A DNA stretch of 62,905 nt, filler included, from Nitrospinae bacterium RIFCSPLOWO2_12_FULL_45_22 (GCA_001803565.1; 8 parts of 8 records of this genome joined end to end with filler, not necessarily neighbours in it), one strand, 5' to 3'; shown: positions 19,283-29,085, counted from the whole stretch's first letter. Program-made: numbers and translations. The notes: generated by a model not told the origin, from the sequence alone.

Positions 19283-21862
19283 ATGGAAGAAAATCCGGTA
19301 AAAGGAGATATCTGGATACCTTCGGCCTGTAGCCTCTGTATGAACACCTGTAGCATAATAATAAAGCGCCAGAATGGGGTAGTTACCAAGATTGAAGGTA
19401 ACCCTAACAGCCCAATAAGTGCTGGTACCTTATGCCCCCGGGGGGCAGCAGGTATAATGTTCCTTTATGACCCTTACCGGGTGAAGGCCCCCCTCAAACG
19501 TACCAATCCGGAGAAGGGTATCGGGATAGACCCGGGCTGGGAAGAGATAAGTTGGGATGAAGCCCTGGATATTATTGCCCAAAGACTAAAAAAGATAAGG
19601 GAAGAAGACCCAAGGAAACTGATGATGGCTGGGACCGCGGCCTCGATGATAGCCTCTATGTATACCTTCCTCTTTATGACCGCTTTTGGTAGCCCTAATG
19701 GTTGGTTTGCTGGGGCAGGCATCCACTGTGGTAATGGCTGGCACCTGACCAGTAATATCCTCTACCAATCCATTGGTCGGAACCCCGATTCCGACCATTG
19801 CAACTATGTCATCCTGTTCGGCTCCAATTGGGGTACTGCGGCAGGTTATGGGTTCAATATGCAGGCTAAAAAAGTAGCCGAAGCCCGGTTAAGGGGGATG
19901 AGGCTGGTAGTAGTAGACCCCTACCTGAGTGGCTCAGCCGAGAAGGCCGATGAGTGGATACCGATAAGGCCCGGTACTGATGCTGCCCTGGCTTTAGGCA
20001 TGGCTCATGTATTAGTCCATGAGCTGGGGGTCTATGATAAAGAATATATAAAGAAATTTACTAATGGCCCATACCTGATCGGCCCCGAGGGTTATTATGT
20101 TCGCGAACCGGCCTCAGGCAAACCCCTTATCTGGGATAGCGGAACGGGCGAAACCAAGCCCTATGATGCCGCGGGCATAAAAAATTTTGCTATTGAAGGG
20201 AGCTATACCGCTCAAGGGGTGGCGTGCCAACCAGCCTTTCAAGTAGTCAAAGACCATCTGAGAAACTATCCCCCAGAAAGGGCCTCCGAGATAACCACTG
20301 TGCCGGCTGATACCATCCGCCGGCTAGCCAAGGAATTCGGCCTGGCAGCCAGGATTGGTAGCACTATAACCCTTGGTGGTAAGGAGCTTCCCTACCGGCC
20401 AGCAGCCGCCCATGCCTTCAAAGGGGCTAATGCCCATAAGCATCAGTTGCTAATAGCCATGGCCATAGACCTGCTAAACTTGCTGGTGGGTGCTCAGGAT
20501 GTCCCGGGGGGTATGTTGGGTCAAAGCCCCCGTTGCGATGGTTATCCTGAGACCGGCCGGCCCCACTGGATACCTACAGAAGGGCCGGATGGCTTAGCAG
20601 TAGCTGGGGCGTGGCTCTTAGGGGCACCTCATTACCCACCTCATGAGGTTACTCAACCGCAATCCTTATTGCTGAGCGAGATCATGCCCCTGGGCCTCAC
20701 CAGTCCCTTGCTTCCCTTGACCGTTCTTGAGCCAGAGAAATATGGACTGGACTATTCCCCTGAGATACTGATCAATTACGGCACCAATACCCTGATGTCC
20801 TATGCTAATCCGGAAATAATGGCCCGGTGGTACAAAAAAATACCATTTATCGTAGGAGTTAACCTCTTCTTGAACGAGTCAACCGACTTTTTTGATATTG
20901 TCCTGCCAGATGCCTGCTATTTAGAAAGACTTGATCCTATGCCTAACCTGCCTATCCCTATGCATCATACCTGCAGTAATCTATCCGACCAGTGGGCTTT
21001 TGCTATAAGGCAACCCGCCATAGCTCCCCGCTTCCAGGAGAGGAGTTACATAGACATATTGTTGGATTTAGCGGAGAGGGCAGGTTGCCGTGAAGAATTT
21101 AATTTAATTATTGGGTCGTATTTTGGCATAGAGGGAGATTACCGCTTAGATGTAGAGAAGAGATATAACTGGGAGGAGATAGTAGATCGGGCCTATAAGT
21201 CGAACTTCGGTCCGGGGCATGGCCTGGAATGGTTCAGAGAACATGGGGTCTTAACCTGGCCCAGGAAGGTGGAAGAGGCTTACTGGCGTCCCTTTATAAA
21301 GGCCCGGGTACCCATCTATTTCGAATATTTTAAGAAACTAGGCGAGGAGGTAAAGGCGATAACTACTAAAATGGGTATCGAATGGGACATTTCTGATTAT
21401 CAACCCGTACCCGATTGGAAGCCCTGCAAATCCCATGAGCTAAATCTACCCCAGTATGACCTCTATGCCTTTTACTACCGGGTGGCGTGGCATACCTTCT
21501 CTTTTACCGCAGAGAATCCCTGGTTAGATGAATTATCCCAACAAGACCCTTATACTTACCTGATCTGCCTTAGTAGCGAAACTGCCCGGAATAAAGGAAT
21601 AGGCGATGGTGAACTGATCTGGCTGGAATCCGCAGAGAGCCGCCGGATAAAAGGGATAGTTAGGCTCACCGAAGGCATCCATCCAGAAGCAGTGGCAATA
21701 GCCAATTGTTTCGGCCATTGGGCACCGGGTTTACCTATTGCTAAAGATAAAGGGGTCTGTATTAATCATCTCCAGCCCATAAGTCACGACTATATAGACT
21801 TTACCGTTGGGGGCTTAGACCTATGCCATAAGGTGCGCCTCTATAAAGCCACGGATTCATAA
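19283..21862 (+). CDS. Mo/W-bisPGD oxidoreductase catalytic subunit (DMSO reductase family, PadB-like), no Tat signal
   Basis: CSLCMNTC...LCPRG Fe-S motif, PLKRTNP, IRPGTDAALA, DIVLPDACYLER, FGHW. Confidence 0.88.
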   Translation: MEENPVKGDIWIPSACSLCMNTCSIIIKRQNGVVTKIEGNPNSPISAGTLCPRGAAGIMFLYDPYRVKAPLKRTNPEKGIGIDPGWEEISWDEALDIIAQRLKKIREEDPRKLMMAGTAASMIASMYTFLFMTAFGSPNGWFAGAGIHCGNGWHLTSNILYQSIGRNPDSDHCNYVILFGSNWGTAAGYGFNMQAKKVAEARLRGMRLVVVDPYLSGSAEKADEWIPIRPGTDAALALGMAHVLVHELGVYDKEYIKKFTNGPYLIGPEGYYVREPASGKPLIWDSGTGETKPYDAAGIKNFAIEGSYTAQGVACQPAFQVVKDHLRNYPPERASEITTVPADTIRRLAKEFGLAARIGSTITLGGKELPYRPAAAHAFKGANAHKHQLLIAMAIDLLNLLVGAQDVPGGMLGQSPRCDGYPETGRPHWIPTEGPDGLAVAGAWLLGAPHYPPHEVTQPQSLLLSEIMPLGLTSPLLPLTVLEPEKYGLDYSPEILINYGTNTLMSYANPEIMARWYKKIPFIVGVNLFLNESTDFFDIVLPDACYLERLDPMPNLPIPMHHTCSNLSDQWAFAIRQPAIAPRFQERSYIDILLDLAERAGCREEFNLIIGSYFGIEGDYRLDVEKRYNWEEIVDRAYKSNFGPGHGLEWFREHGVLTWPRKVEEAYWRPFIKARVPIYFEYFKKLGEEVKAITTKMGIEWDISDYQPVPDWKPCKSHELNLPQYDLYAFYYRVAWHTFSFTAENPWLDELSQQDPYTYLICLSSETARNKGIGDGELIWLESAESRRIKGIVRLTEGIHPEAVAIANCFGHWAPGLPIAKDKGVCINHLQPISHDYIDFTVGGLDLCHKVRLYKATDS

Positions 21863-21917
21863 CGAGAAGTCTTCAGGCTCGCCTGGAAGGGCGGTCGGCT
21901 TCCGCGCCTTATTAGCT
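21857..21917 (-). mobile_element. Degenerate attC-like site
   Basis: Minus: AGCTAAT AAGGC GCGGAAGCCGACCGCC...GGCGAGCCTGAAG ACTTCTC GTTATGA. The R' box overlaps the oxidoreductase stop codon. Confidence 0.4.
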
Positions 21918-22159
21918 GATTCTTTTTGTTCATACAACGTTTGCATATCCCCTAACTTCTTAATTATTCGCTGTGCTGCCCGAATGAAAGAGTTAGAACG
22001 GAGCAGCAATCGCTTCAAGACAATATCTCCTTCAACGCAGTCCCTCTTCCCGTATATGTGCTGAGCGTTGGGCTGCCCTAGCTGCATACCCCCCTGAACG
22101 AGAGTTCGAGCAATGACTTCTGTACAGAGACGAATCCACACAGGTAGGCTTCGGCTCAT
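21857..22159 (-). CDS. Hypothetical cassette ORF, possibly a remnant
   Basis: MSRSLPVW... lies between two attC-like sites and reads through the downstream one. Confidence 0.35.
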   Translation of the reverse strand: MSRSLPVWIRLCTEVIARTLVQGGMQLGQPNAQHIYGKRDCVEGDIVLKRLLLRSNSFIRAAQRIIKKLGDMQTLYEQKESANKARKPTALPGEPEDFSL

Positions 22160-22211
22160 AAGAGCCTCACCGTTTATACAACTTAGACTTAGCACACTAA
22201 CCTGCGTCTCG

Positions 22212-22311
22212 CGCTAAGGCCCGCGATCACCGGCCACGGCCAGAACGCAGCCTTTCGGGTTCATTCCAAACCGCCACAAGGCCGGGGTCCAGTGCAACGC
22301 GTTTGTTAGCC
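22212..22311 (-). mobile_element. Integron attC-like site
   Basis: Minus: GGCTAAC AAA CGCGTTGCACTGG...CCGGTGATCGCG GGC CTTAGCG. L boxes pair with one extrahelical G; R' box has G>C. Confidence 0.65.
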
Positions 22312-22332
22312 AACACTCCAATGGGAGGAATC

Positions 22333-22557
22333 TTACTTCCTCACAGGTCCTTTCGACTGTGCGCCGAATACGCGGTCAAAGAACTCTTCTTGTTGTAACT
22401 GCGCTTGCCATTGTCGATGGCGTTTCACCGATTCCACGCGCTTCTTTCTCGGTAGGGCTAAGAACCGGCTTGCTTCAACCGGTCCGAGTTCCTTTACCAA
22501 GACATCTACCGCTTTCGTAATCAGTTGCTCCTCGTCCGTAAATACGCTGGCTTTCAC
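22333..22557 (-). CDS. Antitoxin downstream of the PIN toxin
   Basis: GTG start overlapping the toxin TGA, GGAGG RBS; KAVDVLVKELGPVEASRFL. Confidence 0.75.
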   Translation of the reverse strand: MKASVFTDEEQLITKAVDVLVKELGPVEASRFLALPRKKRVESVKRHRQWQAQLQQEEFFDRVFGAQSKGPVRK

Positions 22558-23012
22558 TTCAGGTCCTCCACGATGGTAAATTCGACCGGGTTCATTGTTG
22601 TCACTGCAACCTTTTCCCTTCGGCACTTCTTCACCAAGCGATCATCGCACGAGATGAAAACGTCCGTTGTAGCCTCAGCAAACGCCACATGCGCGGCGTC
22701 GGCAAGGCCAAATTTTCTGGCGCGGAGCCCTTCTGATCTTGCCCTTGCTGCTGCTACATCGCATTCCGCTGCTGTCCCAAGTCTCTCCAGTACCGCTATG
22801 ATTTCCCGCCTTTCTTCCACGTCACTTATCGCAGTGGCTTCTTCAAAATGCACGGGAGAGACAACCATCGTATAGCGTGCATCCTGAAGGGCTTGGAGGA
22901 TCAAGTAATAGGCATTGGTCTCAAGGCGGATGCGCATCTGGCTTTGGTCATCGAAGGGACGGCAGAGGGTGCAAATGTCAAGGTAGAGTCTTTTCAGATT
23001 TTGACGATCCAT
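22554..23012 (-). CDS. PIN-domain (VapC-like) toxin
   Basis: LYLDICTLCRPFDDQ, DAAHVAFA, FISCDDRL. Confidence 0.85.
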   Translation of the reverse strand: MDRQNLKRLYLDICTLCRPFDDQSQMRIRLETNAYYLILQALQDARYTMVVSPVHFEEATAISDVEERREIIAVLERLGTAAECDVAAARARSEGLRARKFGLADAAHVAFAEATTDVFISCDDRLVKKCRREKVAVTTMNPVEFTIVEDLK

Positions 23013-23046
23013 GCCAGCCTTTATAGATTGACTTCCTGTGCTTTTC

Positions 23047-23146
23047 NNNNNNNNNNNNNNNNNNNNNNNNNNNNNNNNNNNNNNNNNNNNTTAATTAATT
23101 AANNNNNNNNNNNNNNNNNNNNNNNNNNNNNNNNNNNNNNNNNNNN
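23047..23146. other. Artificial contig linker
   Basis: N44-TTAATTAATTAA-N44. Confidence 0.98.
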
Positions 23147-23230
23147 CGTAGTATTGTCATTATTGGAAACTCTACTACCTTTCGCTACCAAGATTGGCTT
23201 ATAACCCCCAGGGGCTACCGCCTGATTTAA
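23147..23230 (+). CDS. cbiH: C-terminal tail of precorrin-3B C17-methyltransferase (absent from ORF track)
   Basis: RSIVIIGNSTTFRYQDWLITPRGYRLI* matches the CbiH/CobJ IIGNS..ITPRGY end; precedes cbiJ. Confidence 0.8.
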   Translation, partial: RSIVIIGNSTTFRYQDWLITPRGYRLI

Positions 23231-23276
23231 CCCCAGAGTTATACTCAATTGATTGGAAAATCTGAAAAATATTTCA

Positions 23277-23354
23277 GTAGGGACAACCCTTGTGGTTGTC
23301 CGGTGTCTGCCGCCAGGCAGGGGTGTTATGGACAGGGACAAGCCCCGTCCCTAC
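23277..23354. repeat. Inverted pair of GTAG-type REP elements
   Basis: GTAG-GGACAACC/GGTTGTCC and AGGGAC/GTCCCT-AC, with TGTCTGCCGCCAGGCAGG between them. Confidence 0.7.
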
Positions 23355-23389
23355 ATTTTATCAGAAATTAGAATCAGTTTGGTATAAAT

Positions 23390-24187
23390 ATGGCAGAAAG
23401 AAAAACCATCCTGGTAATGGCGGGTACTAAAGAAGGTAGGGAAATTGCTCAGAACCTTTCTGCCCAAGGCCATATGGTATATGAAAGTAGTACCAGCCAT
23501 TATGATCATAGGGGACTCAAGGAAAAAGTAGCTATCCTGAGCGGAGCGGAGGATCAGGGAGTAATCAGAATAACCGAGAGCCTCTCTCAGGAGAAGATAA
23601 TGGAGCTGGCTAAAGAGAAAGGGATAGAGCTAGTGGTTGATGCTACTCATCCCTATGCGGTAAATGCCTCCCTGAACGCTATCGCTGCCTGCCAGGAACT
23701 GGGCATTAAATATATCCGCTATGAAAGAGAAAAAACCGACCTGCCTATATCTTCCCTTATCCTTCCGGTTAAGAACTACGACGAAGCTGCTGCCCGGGCC
23801 TTTTCTTTAGGGAAGAGGATATTCCTTACTATCGGTAGCCGACAGTTAAAACCCTTTGTAGAATTAGCCCGGCATTTTCATGCCTTCCTTATAGTGAGAG
23901 TATTACCGTGGGAAGAAAGTATTCGAACATGCCATTCCTACGGGCTATCCCCAGACCAGATATTGGCCATGCAAGGGCCTTTTTCTAAAGAGTTAAATAT
24001 GGCCCTGTTTAAAGAGTATAAGGCAGAGGTGATAGTGAGTAAGAACACCGGCCTGGAGGGTGGTTTTAAAGCCAAGCTGGATGCCGCTTTAGCACTAAAT
24101 ATCCCTATAGTGGTTATCGAGCGGCCCAAGATTGATTATCCTGTCTTGGCCTACCACTATTCCCAAATCCTCAATCAGATACGCTAG
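23390..24187 (+). CDS. cbiJ: Cobalt-precorrin-6A reductase (CbiJ/CobK)
   Basis: LVMAGTKEG, VVDATHPYA, FLTIGSR, QGPFSKELN, KNTG, VIERP. Confidence 0.93.
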   Translation: MAERKTILVMAGTKEGREIAQNLSAQGHMVYESSTSHYDHRGLKEKVAILSGAEDQGVIRITESLSQEKIMELAKEKGIELVVDATHPYAVNASLNAIAACQELGIKYIRYEREKTDLPISSLILPVKNYDEAAARAFSLGKRIFLTIGSRQLKPFVELARHFHAFLIVRVLPWEESIRTCHSYGLSPDQILAMQGPFSKELNMALFKEYKAEVIVSKNTGLEGGFKAKLDAALALNIPIVVIERPKIDYPVLAYHYSQILNQIR

Positions 24188-24219
24188 GGTCGGTTACTTC
24201 CCCCTGGTGAAGGGGTTCC

Positions 24220-24447
24220 TTAGTGCCTAGCCGTCATATAGGAACGCTGGATAAAATTAACTGCAGCCGCACGATTAATATATGCTAACGCGTTACCAAT
24301 TTCTATTATGATTCCATCATGAAGCCATACCTCCTGAGCCGAACGTACCTGCAGTAATAGGGTTTTTGCCAGGCTATGTAAAAGATCCTTTCTGTTCAAT
24401 ATAGCTAGGACAAAGGCTGTGTCTAGGAAAAATCGTTTACCATCCAT
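24220..24447 (-). pseudogene. VapC PIN toxin truncated after 75 aa
   Basis: FFLDTAFVLAILNRKDLLH..EIGNAL, then an early stop; the DC/D acidic residues are missing. Confidence 0.75.
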
Positions 24448-24452
24448 AACAT

Positions 24453-24692
24453 TTATTTATTGCTTTGCTTGGGGGTGCCATAAAGATAATGGTCATGTTC
24501 CAGCGACCAATCTGATGGGCCTTCAATAGTACCTGCCACCTCCTCCAGCAGATCCCAAAGGTCAGGGAGGCTAGGGGATGGGATAATTTTTTTGCCGATG
24601 GTGATTTCATAATAGGCATTAGGTTCCAAATCAATTGGCTTCTCTGGTACCAGCACTTTACCATCGAAAATGGCATGTAAGGTCTTGATCAT
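24453..24692 (-). CDS. VapB-like antitoxin
   Basis: TLHAIFDGKVLVPEKP...DWSLEHDHYLYG; GGAGG RBS. Confidence 0.8.
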   Translation of the reverse strand: MIKTLHAIFDGKVLVPEKPIDLEPNAYYEITIGKKIIPSPSLPDLWDLLEEVAGTIEGPSDWSLEHDHYLYGTPKQSNK

Positions 24693-25083
24693 TGTTTCCA
24701 CCTCCAAATATCGAGTGGTGATCCCCTGTCAATGCCTCTTTTATCCCCTTCTCCTGCATTACAACAAAGGAGATACAATCAGTTAGACTCCAGTCCTTGT
24801 CTCGCCGGGACTCAAAGAGAGTTAGTCCACGCTGGAGCAGTTCCCGGGTTATCTCCACCACTTCGACTTCAGAAGAAACCCATAACTGCCTGATAAATCG
24901 GCCGATCTCTTCACGGTCGTCAGGTTCACAAAAGGCATCTGCTAACTCCAGCAAGATCACATCAGTTGTGACTATAGTCCCTTCTAGCTGCTGAGCCATG
25001 TGAACAACTTGCTGGTGGTGGCGATCTCGGATATTGAAGAAGGCGAGATAGAAGAATGAATCCGCGAAATACCGGGATTTCAT
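24658..25083 (-). CDS. VapC PIN toxin with an aberrant C-terminus
   Basis: FADSFFYLA, DKDWSLTDCISF, ALTGDHH, then reads into the next antitoxin instead of the usual F.QAGF end. Confidence 0.8.
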   Translation of the reverse strand: MKSRYFADSFFYLAFFNIRDRHHQQVVHMAQQLEGTIVTTDVILLELADAFCEPDDREEIGRFIRQLWVSSEVEVVEITRELLQRGLTLFESRRDKDWSLTDCISFVVMQEKGIKEALTGDHHSIFGGGNNDQDLTCHFRW

Positions 25084-25325
25084 CGCTTTGGCCTGCCATG
25101 TAGGTAATGATCATGATTTTCTGCAAGATCTTCGGGATAAGCACCTTTTATTTTTTTCGATATCTCTATCATCTCTTCCAGCAATGGTAAACCAATGGTG
25201 GATTCTTCCGACTCTATGGGCTTCTCCTCAAAGATGATGGTTACATCCCTGGGTACGTGACCCTTTAGTTCGTCGGGCACCAAGATTTGTTTCCCATCAA
25301 AATAAGTTTTTACCGAAACTGCCAT
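25080..25325 (-). CDS. VapB-like antitoxin
   Basis: FDGKQILVPD...PEDLAENHDHYLHG; ATGA-coupled to the toxin. Confidence 0.8.
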   Translation of the reverse strand: MAVSVKTYFDGKQILVPDELKGHVPRDVTIIFEEKPIESEESTIGLPLLEEMIEISKKIKGAYPEDLAENHDHYLHGRPKR

Positions 25326-25420
25326 CCTTTTATACCTCCATTCAGTTATTTTATTCCCTGGCCTCCATAAGATATCCTCTTATGCTAGGTCTGCCAATAG
25401 TTGGCAACTTAATGTTTAGT

Positions 25421-28400
25421 TTAGCGGGTAAATGAGAAAGGGGCAAGGCTGATATTGCCTATTATCTTAGGAGAGCCGGCCTGGACCGAGCCGGGCTCAG
25501 CTAGGGCAGCTAAGGCCTGATAAGTACCCTCTGGTAACCCTGTAGGTAAGGATATAGAAAAGAACGGAGTCAAGGGGAAATCGTATCCTGGGCTGAGTTC
25601 CAGAGAAGTGCTGGCTGGGGTAAAGGTTCTGGGATCATCGGCCCTGGCTGGTACCAGCTTGGGTAGAAAGGGTGAGGAGTCAAAAAAGTAGATGCTGCCA
25701 TCGGGGGCAATAATGCCAAGAAAGACATCCGCTATCTGTGTAGTAGCTGTAGGATTGCTGAGGCTAAATGAAAGGCTAAGGGTATCGCCTGGGGAGTAGC
25801 TGCTCTTGTTAGTGCTTATGGTAATGCTAGGCTTGCCACCTACCACTACCTTTATCTCTTCCGATAAACTACTCTCCTGACCCGCACTATTAACTGCACT
25901 CAGGGCCAGGTAATAGGTCCCTTCCGGAACATCCGGGGCAGTAAGGGAGGTAACCTTGCCTAGATTAAAGGGGATCCCTTGCATGTCATAGTTTTTGGAT
26001 GCATACCCTGCATAGAGGTTGTAATGATCCAGGTTGGACTCGCTATTTGCCTGCCATTGGATATGCAAGGTCTTACCTTTTACCATCACCTTCAAGTCAG
26101 TAGGGGTACTGGGAATAAGGGGAGGCTGGGTAGTAAAACTCCAGACCGAACCACCGGCCTCCGCTCCATGATTGTCTTTAGCCACTACCCGCCAGTAATA
26201 AGTAGTGTCATATGCCAAAGTACCAGGGTTATAATTGGTCTCAGACAAACCACTCTTAACTAGCGGAGGGCTGCTACTGGTACCGAAATAGAGATTATAA
26301 CTAACAGTATCGCCGGAATCAGGGTCGCTCCCATTCCAGGTTAAGCTGGTAGTGACTGGGATCGTTGCGGCTCCATCTGCCGGTGAAGGGTTGCTGGGGG
26401 TATTGGGAGGGTTATTAGAAAAGGTAGCGGCAGTAGTAAATTTCCATATTGGGCTGGTAGCAATTACACCATGATTGTCCCTGGCCACTACCTTCCAGTA
26501 ATAGGCCGTAGAGGTTTTCTGGAGAGGACTTACATCAACGGTAGTATCAGTCTGGTTGGCTGCCCACAGAGGCGGATCGGGATTATTGCCGGTACCATCC
26601 CAATATACATCATAGACGACCGTATCTCCCGTGTCGGGATCACCACCACTCCAACTCAAGGTTTGAGTCTTACCTATGCCAGTAGCACCATCGGCTGGAG
26701 ATGGGCTACTAGGGGTATTTGGAGGATTGTTAGGTTTAGTGCCAGTAGTAAAGCTCCAGACAGGGCTTGTGCTGGTAGCTCCATGATTGTCCTTGGCCAC
26801 TACCTTCCAATAGTAGGTAGTAGAATAGCTCAAGGTTCCAGGGTTATAGCTGGTGGTAGTTAGGTTGCTAGCAGTTAAAAAAGAAGGTGTGGAACTGGTA
26901 CCAAAATATACATCATAAGTAACGGTATCTCCTGTATCGGAATCACCTCCCTGCCAAGTCAAGGTGGTATTGATAGATTGGTTAGTAGCACCATCTGCCG
27001 GAGTGGGATTATTAGGAGTATTGGGTTTGCTATTTGGTTGAAATAATGGCCCGGTAGTAGGCTCCAATTCATAGGAGTGAGTGCTTTCATTATTCTGATT
27101 ATCATAAGTGGTTAAGGCGATATAGTAGGTGGTATTGTTAGAGAGGCCGGTTAGCTGATAGCTGGTGTTGTTACCTATATCTATGGGTGAGTTATAAGAT
27201 CCAGAGGATTGGCCATAGTAAAGGTAATAGCCTGCTGCCCCTTCACTGGCGGTCCAGGATAGGCCTATGGTAGTATCTCCTGGGGTAGACATGATACCGG
27301 TGGGTGGTAGAAGGATAAGGTTGTCTAACCATTGAGAGTAATCTACCCTGCCATAGCTAATATCGTCAAAAAAGTCATAGATAGTGCTGATATCTTTGGG
27401 ATTACCGCCAGCATTCATCTCGGCCGTGGCTGCTGGTCCCCAGTAGTTGTATTTGGCATCAACCGTATCATACCGAGGGCCATAAAAGTCATAAGAACCA
27501 CTGCCATAGATGTTATTATAGTTAATGTGGTCTGGGAAAAATAGTCCACCTTCATCGTAGATACCATAATATAGATTTTCAATGATGCTATTATTTAGAA
27601 TCTCCTTCCTTGCTTTATTATTCTTCACAACATAAATCCCGGCGTTATCATTATCAGTTATATAGTTATACTTTATAGATACATCATAACGCGTGTGACC
27701 ACCGGCTTCGGCAAATGCAATTCCATTCTTATTCCCTACTATGGTATTATACTCTAGCCAACAATCTGCCTCCCAATTATAGTATACTTCAATGCCGGAG
27801 CCTTTATTATCGGTAATAAGATTATTTCTTATGTAGTATGGACCCCAACCTTCACCATCAAGAATGATGCCAGAGCCATTATTGTGAGCTATAACATTAT
27901 TGATAATCATATATTCTGGATGTTCCTCAAATTGGAATAAAACCATCCCATGGCTGTGTGAATAAGATATGGTACAATTATCCGCCGAAACTGGTGTGTA
28001 GTGCCCATAAGCATAGATACCTATCTGGGCATATTTTATATCGCAATATCGGAGTTCTATTCTGCCATCTAATCCTGTTCCTATACCTCCCCAGTCGCCG
28101 GGGGCTGGGGACATGGCACTGGAGGTAAATATGATCCGGTTGGCTGGGTTACCAATAGCCTTTAATTTACCTTCAATAATAAGTTCTGAGAGGGAGCTAT
28201 CTCGACCACTCTTCGCATCATCCACCCCAGCCATAAACCGTACCTCTACACCCGGTTCTATGGTCAAGGTGCTTTTGTATACCACGACATCGCCAGTGAC
28301 AAAATAAGGACTCATATCTTTAGTCCAGGTAGTATCGGTAGAAATATTACCAGATACTTGGGTACCAAAATAGGCCGTCTTGGTAGTGGTGATACTATTA

Positions 28401-28828
28401 CCCCAGTCATCGGTCAAGTCTTTATAGGCAACGGTTATCTTATCCCCAGTAGTAATCTGGAGTTTGCCATCTGCTCCTGTACTTCCCTTATCATCCAAGG
28501 CTATGGAACCCCGGAGTATCCCAGTACTGACATCGGTCTCGGTGAGGGTAACTGTCTCTGCAGTGGTTTCAGTAGCACTTACCACCGAGACACTCAGGGT
28601 ATCCTTGACGGTGCTACTCTTGTTCTCATCTGCATCGGTTACCTGGATATACAAAGTCTCCCCTGGCCGATAGGCGGTCTTCTCCTGCCAGCTAGCATCG
28701 GTGAGTTCCAAGCTACCGGTTACATTGGCCAAGGTACTATTAGGGATGAGGAAGATGAGATAGAATATTATTACTATTACCAGGCAAGGTTTCAGGGATA
28801 ATTTAGGTAGGGAAAATGCCCTGTCCAT
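25421..28828 (-). CDS. Large secreted protein: signal peptide, right-handed beta-helix, FnIII domains, three tandem ~100-aa repeats
   Basis: Hydrophobic N-terminus; NN.I..N..GI repeats; PNTP..P.PADGA...GDTV.Y..YYWKVVAKDNHG x3. Confidence 0.85.
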   Translation of the reverse strand: MDRAFSLPKLSLKPCLVIVIIFYLIFLIPNSTLANVTGSLELTDASWQEKTAYRPGETLYIQVTDADENKSSTVKDTLSVSVVSATETTAETVTLTETDVSTGILRGSIALDDKGSTGADGKLQITTGDKITVAYKDLTDDWGNSITTTKTAYFGTQVSGNISTDTTWTKDMSPYFVTGDVVVYKSTLTIEPGVEVRFMAGVDDAKSGRDSSLSELIIEGKLKAIGNPANRIIFTSSAMSPAPGDWGGIGTGLDGRIELRYCDIKYAQIGIYAYGHYTPVSADNCTISYSHSHGMVLFQFEEHPEYMIINNVIAHNNGSGIILDGEGWGPYYIRNNLITDNKGSGIEVYYNWEADCWLEYNTIVGNKNGIAFAEAGGHTRYDVSIKYNYITDNDNAGIYVVKNNKARKEILNNSIIENLYYGIYDEGGLFFPDHINYNNIYGSGSYDFYGPRYDTVDAKYNYWGPAATAEMNAGGNPKDISTIYDFFDDISYGRVDYSQWLDNLILLPPTGIMSTPGDTTIGLSWTASEGAAGYYLYYGQSSGSYNSPIDIGNNTSYQLTGLSNNTTYYIALTTYDNQNNESTHSYELEPTTGPLFQPNSKPNTPNNPTPADGATNQSINTTLTWQGGDSDTGDTVTYDVYFGTSSTPSFLTASNLTTTSYNPGTLSYSTTYYWKVVAKDNHGATSTSPVWSFTTGTKPNNPPNTPSSPSPADGATGIGKTQTLSWSGGDPDTGDTVVYDVYWDGTGNNPDPPLWAANQTDTTVDVSPLQKTSTAYYWKVVARDNHGVIATSPIWKFTTAATFSNNPPNTPSNPSPADGAATIPVTTSLTWNGSDPDSGDTVSYNLYFGTSSSPPLVKSGLSETNYNPGTLAYDTTYYWRVVAKDNHGAEAGGSVWSFTTQPPLIPSTPTDLKVMVKGKTLHIQWQANSESNLDHYNLYAGYASKNYDMQGIPFNLGKVTSLTAPDVPEGTYYLALSAVNSAGQESSLSEEIKVVVGGKPSITISTNKSSYSPGDTLSLSFSLSNPTATTQIADVFLGIIAPDGSIYFFDSSPFLPKLVPARADDPRTFTPASTSLELSPGYDFPLTPFFSISLPTGLPEGTYQALAALAEPGSVQAGSPKIIGNISLAPFSFTR

Positions 28829-29004
28829 CTTGCCCTCCTATAGGAATATCGGGAGAGAGGATTCCTGAGCGAGACTTTATACTGAGATCAATTAAATCAA
28901 AGAAACGATTGGCCGTCAATAGGAATTTTTTAGCCAGCCTAAGCTCTGCCACAGTATATTTATGTCCTATCCTATAGGCAATGGCTGGAATGGCTTGATT
29001 TTAT

Positions 29005-29080
29005 TGGCGTCCCCACGGGGAGTCGAACCCCGGTTTTCGCCGTGAAAGGGCGATGTCCTAGGCCACTAGACGATGGGGAC
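29005..29080 (-). tRNA. tRNA-Glu(TTC)
   Basis: GTCCCCATCGTCTAGTGGCCTAGGACATCGCCCTTTCACGGCGAAAACCGGGGTTCGACTCCCCGTGGGGACGCCA. Confidence 0.97.
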
Positions 29081-29085
29081 TTTTT

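Noticed and set aside
25421-28828. Diversity-generating retroelement target or template repeats
   Set aside because: The repeats differ at all base types and no reverse transcriptase is present; these are ordinary domain duplications.
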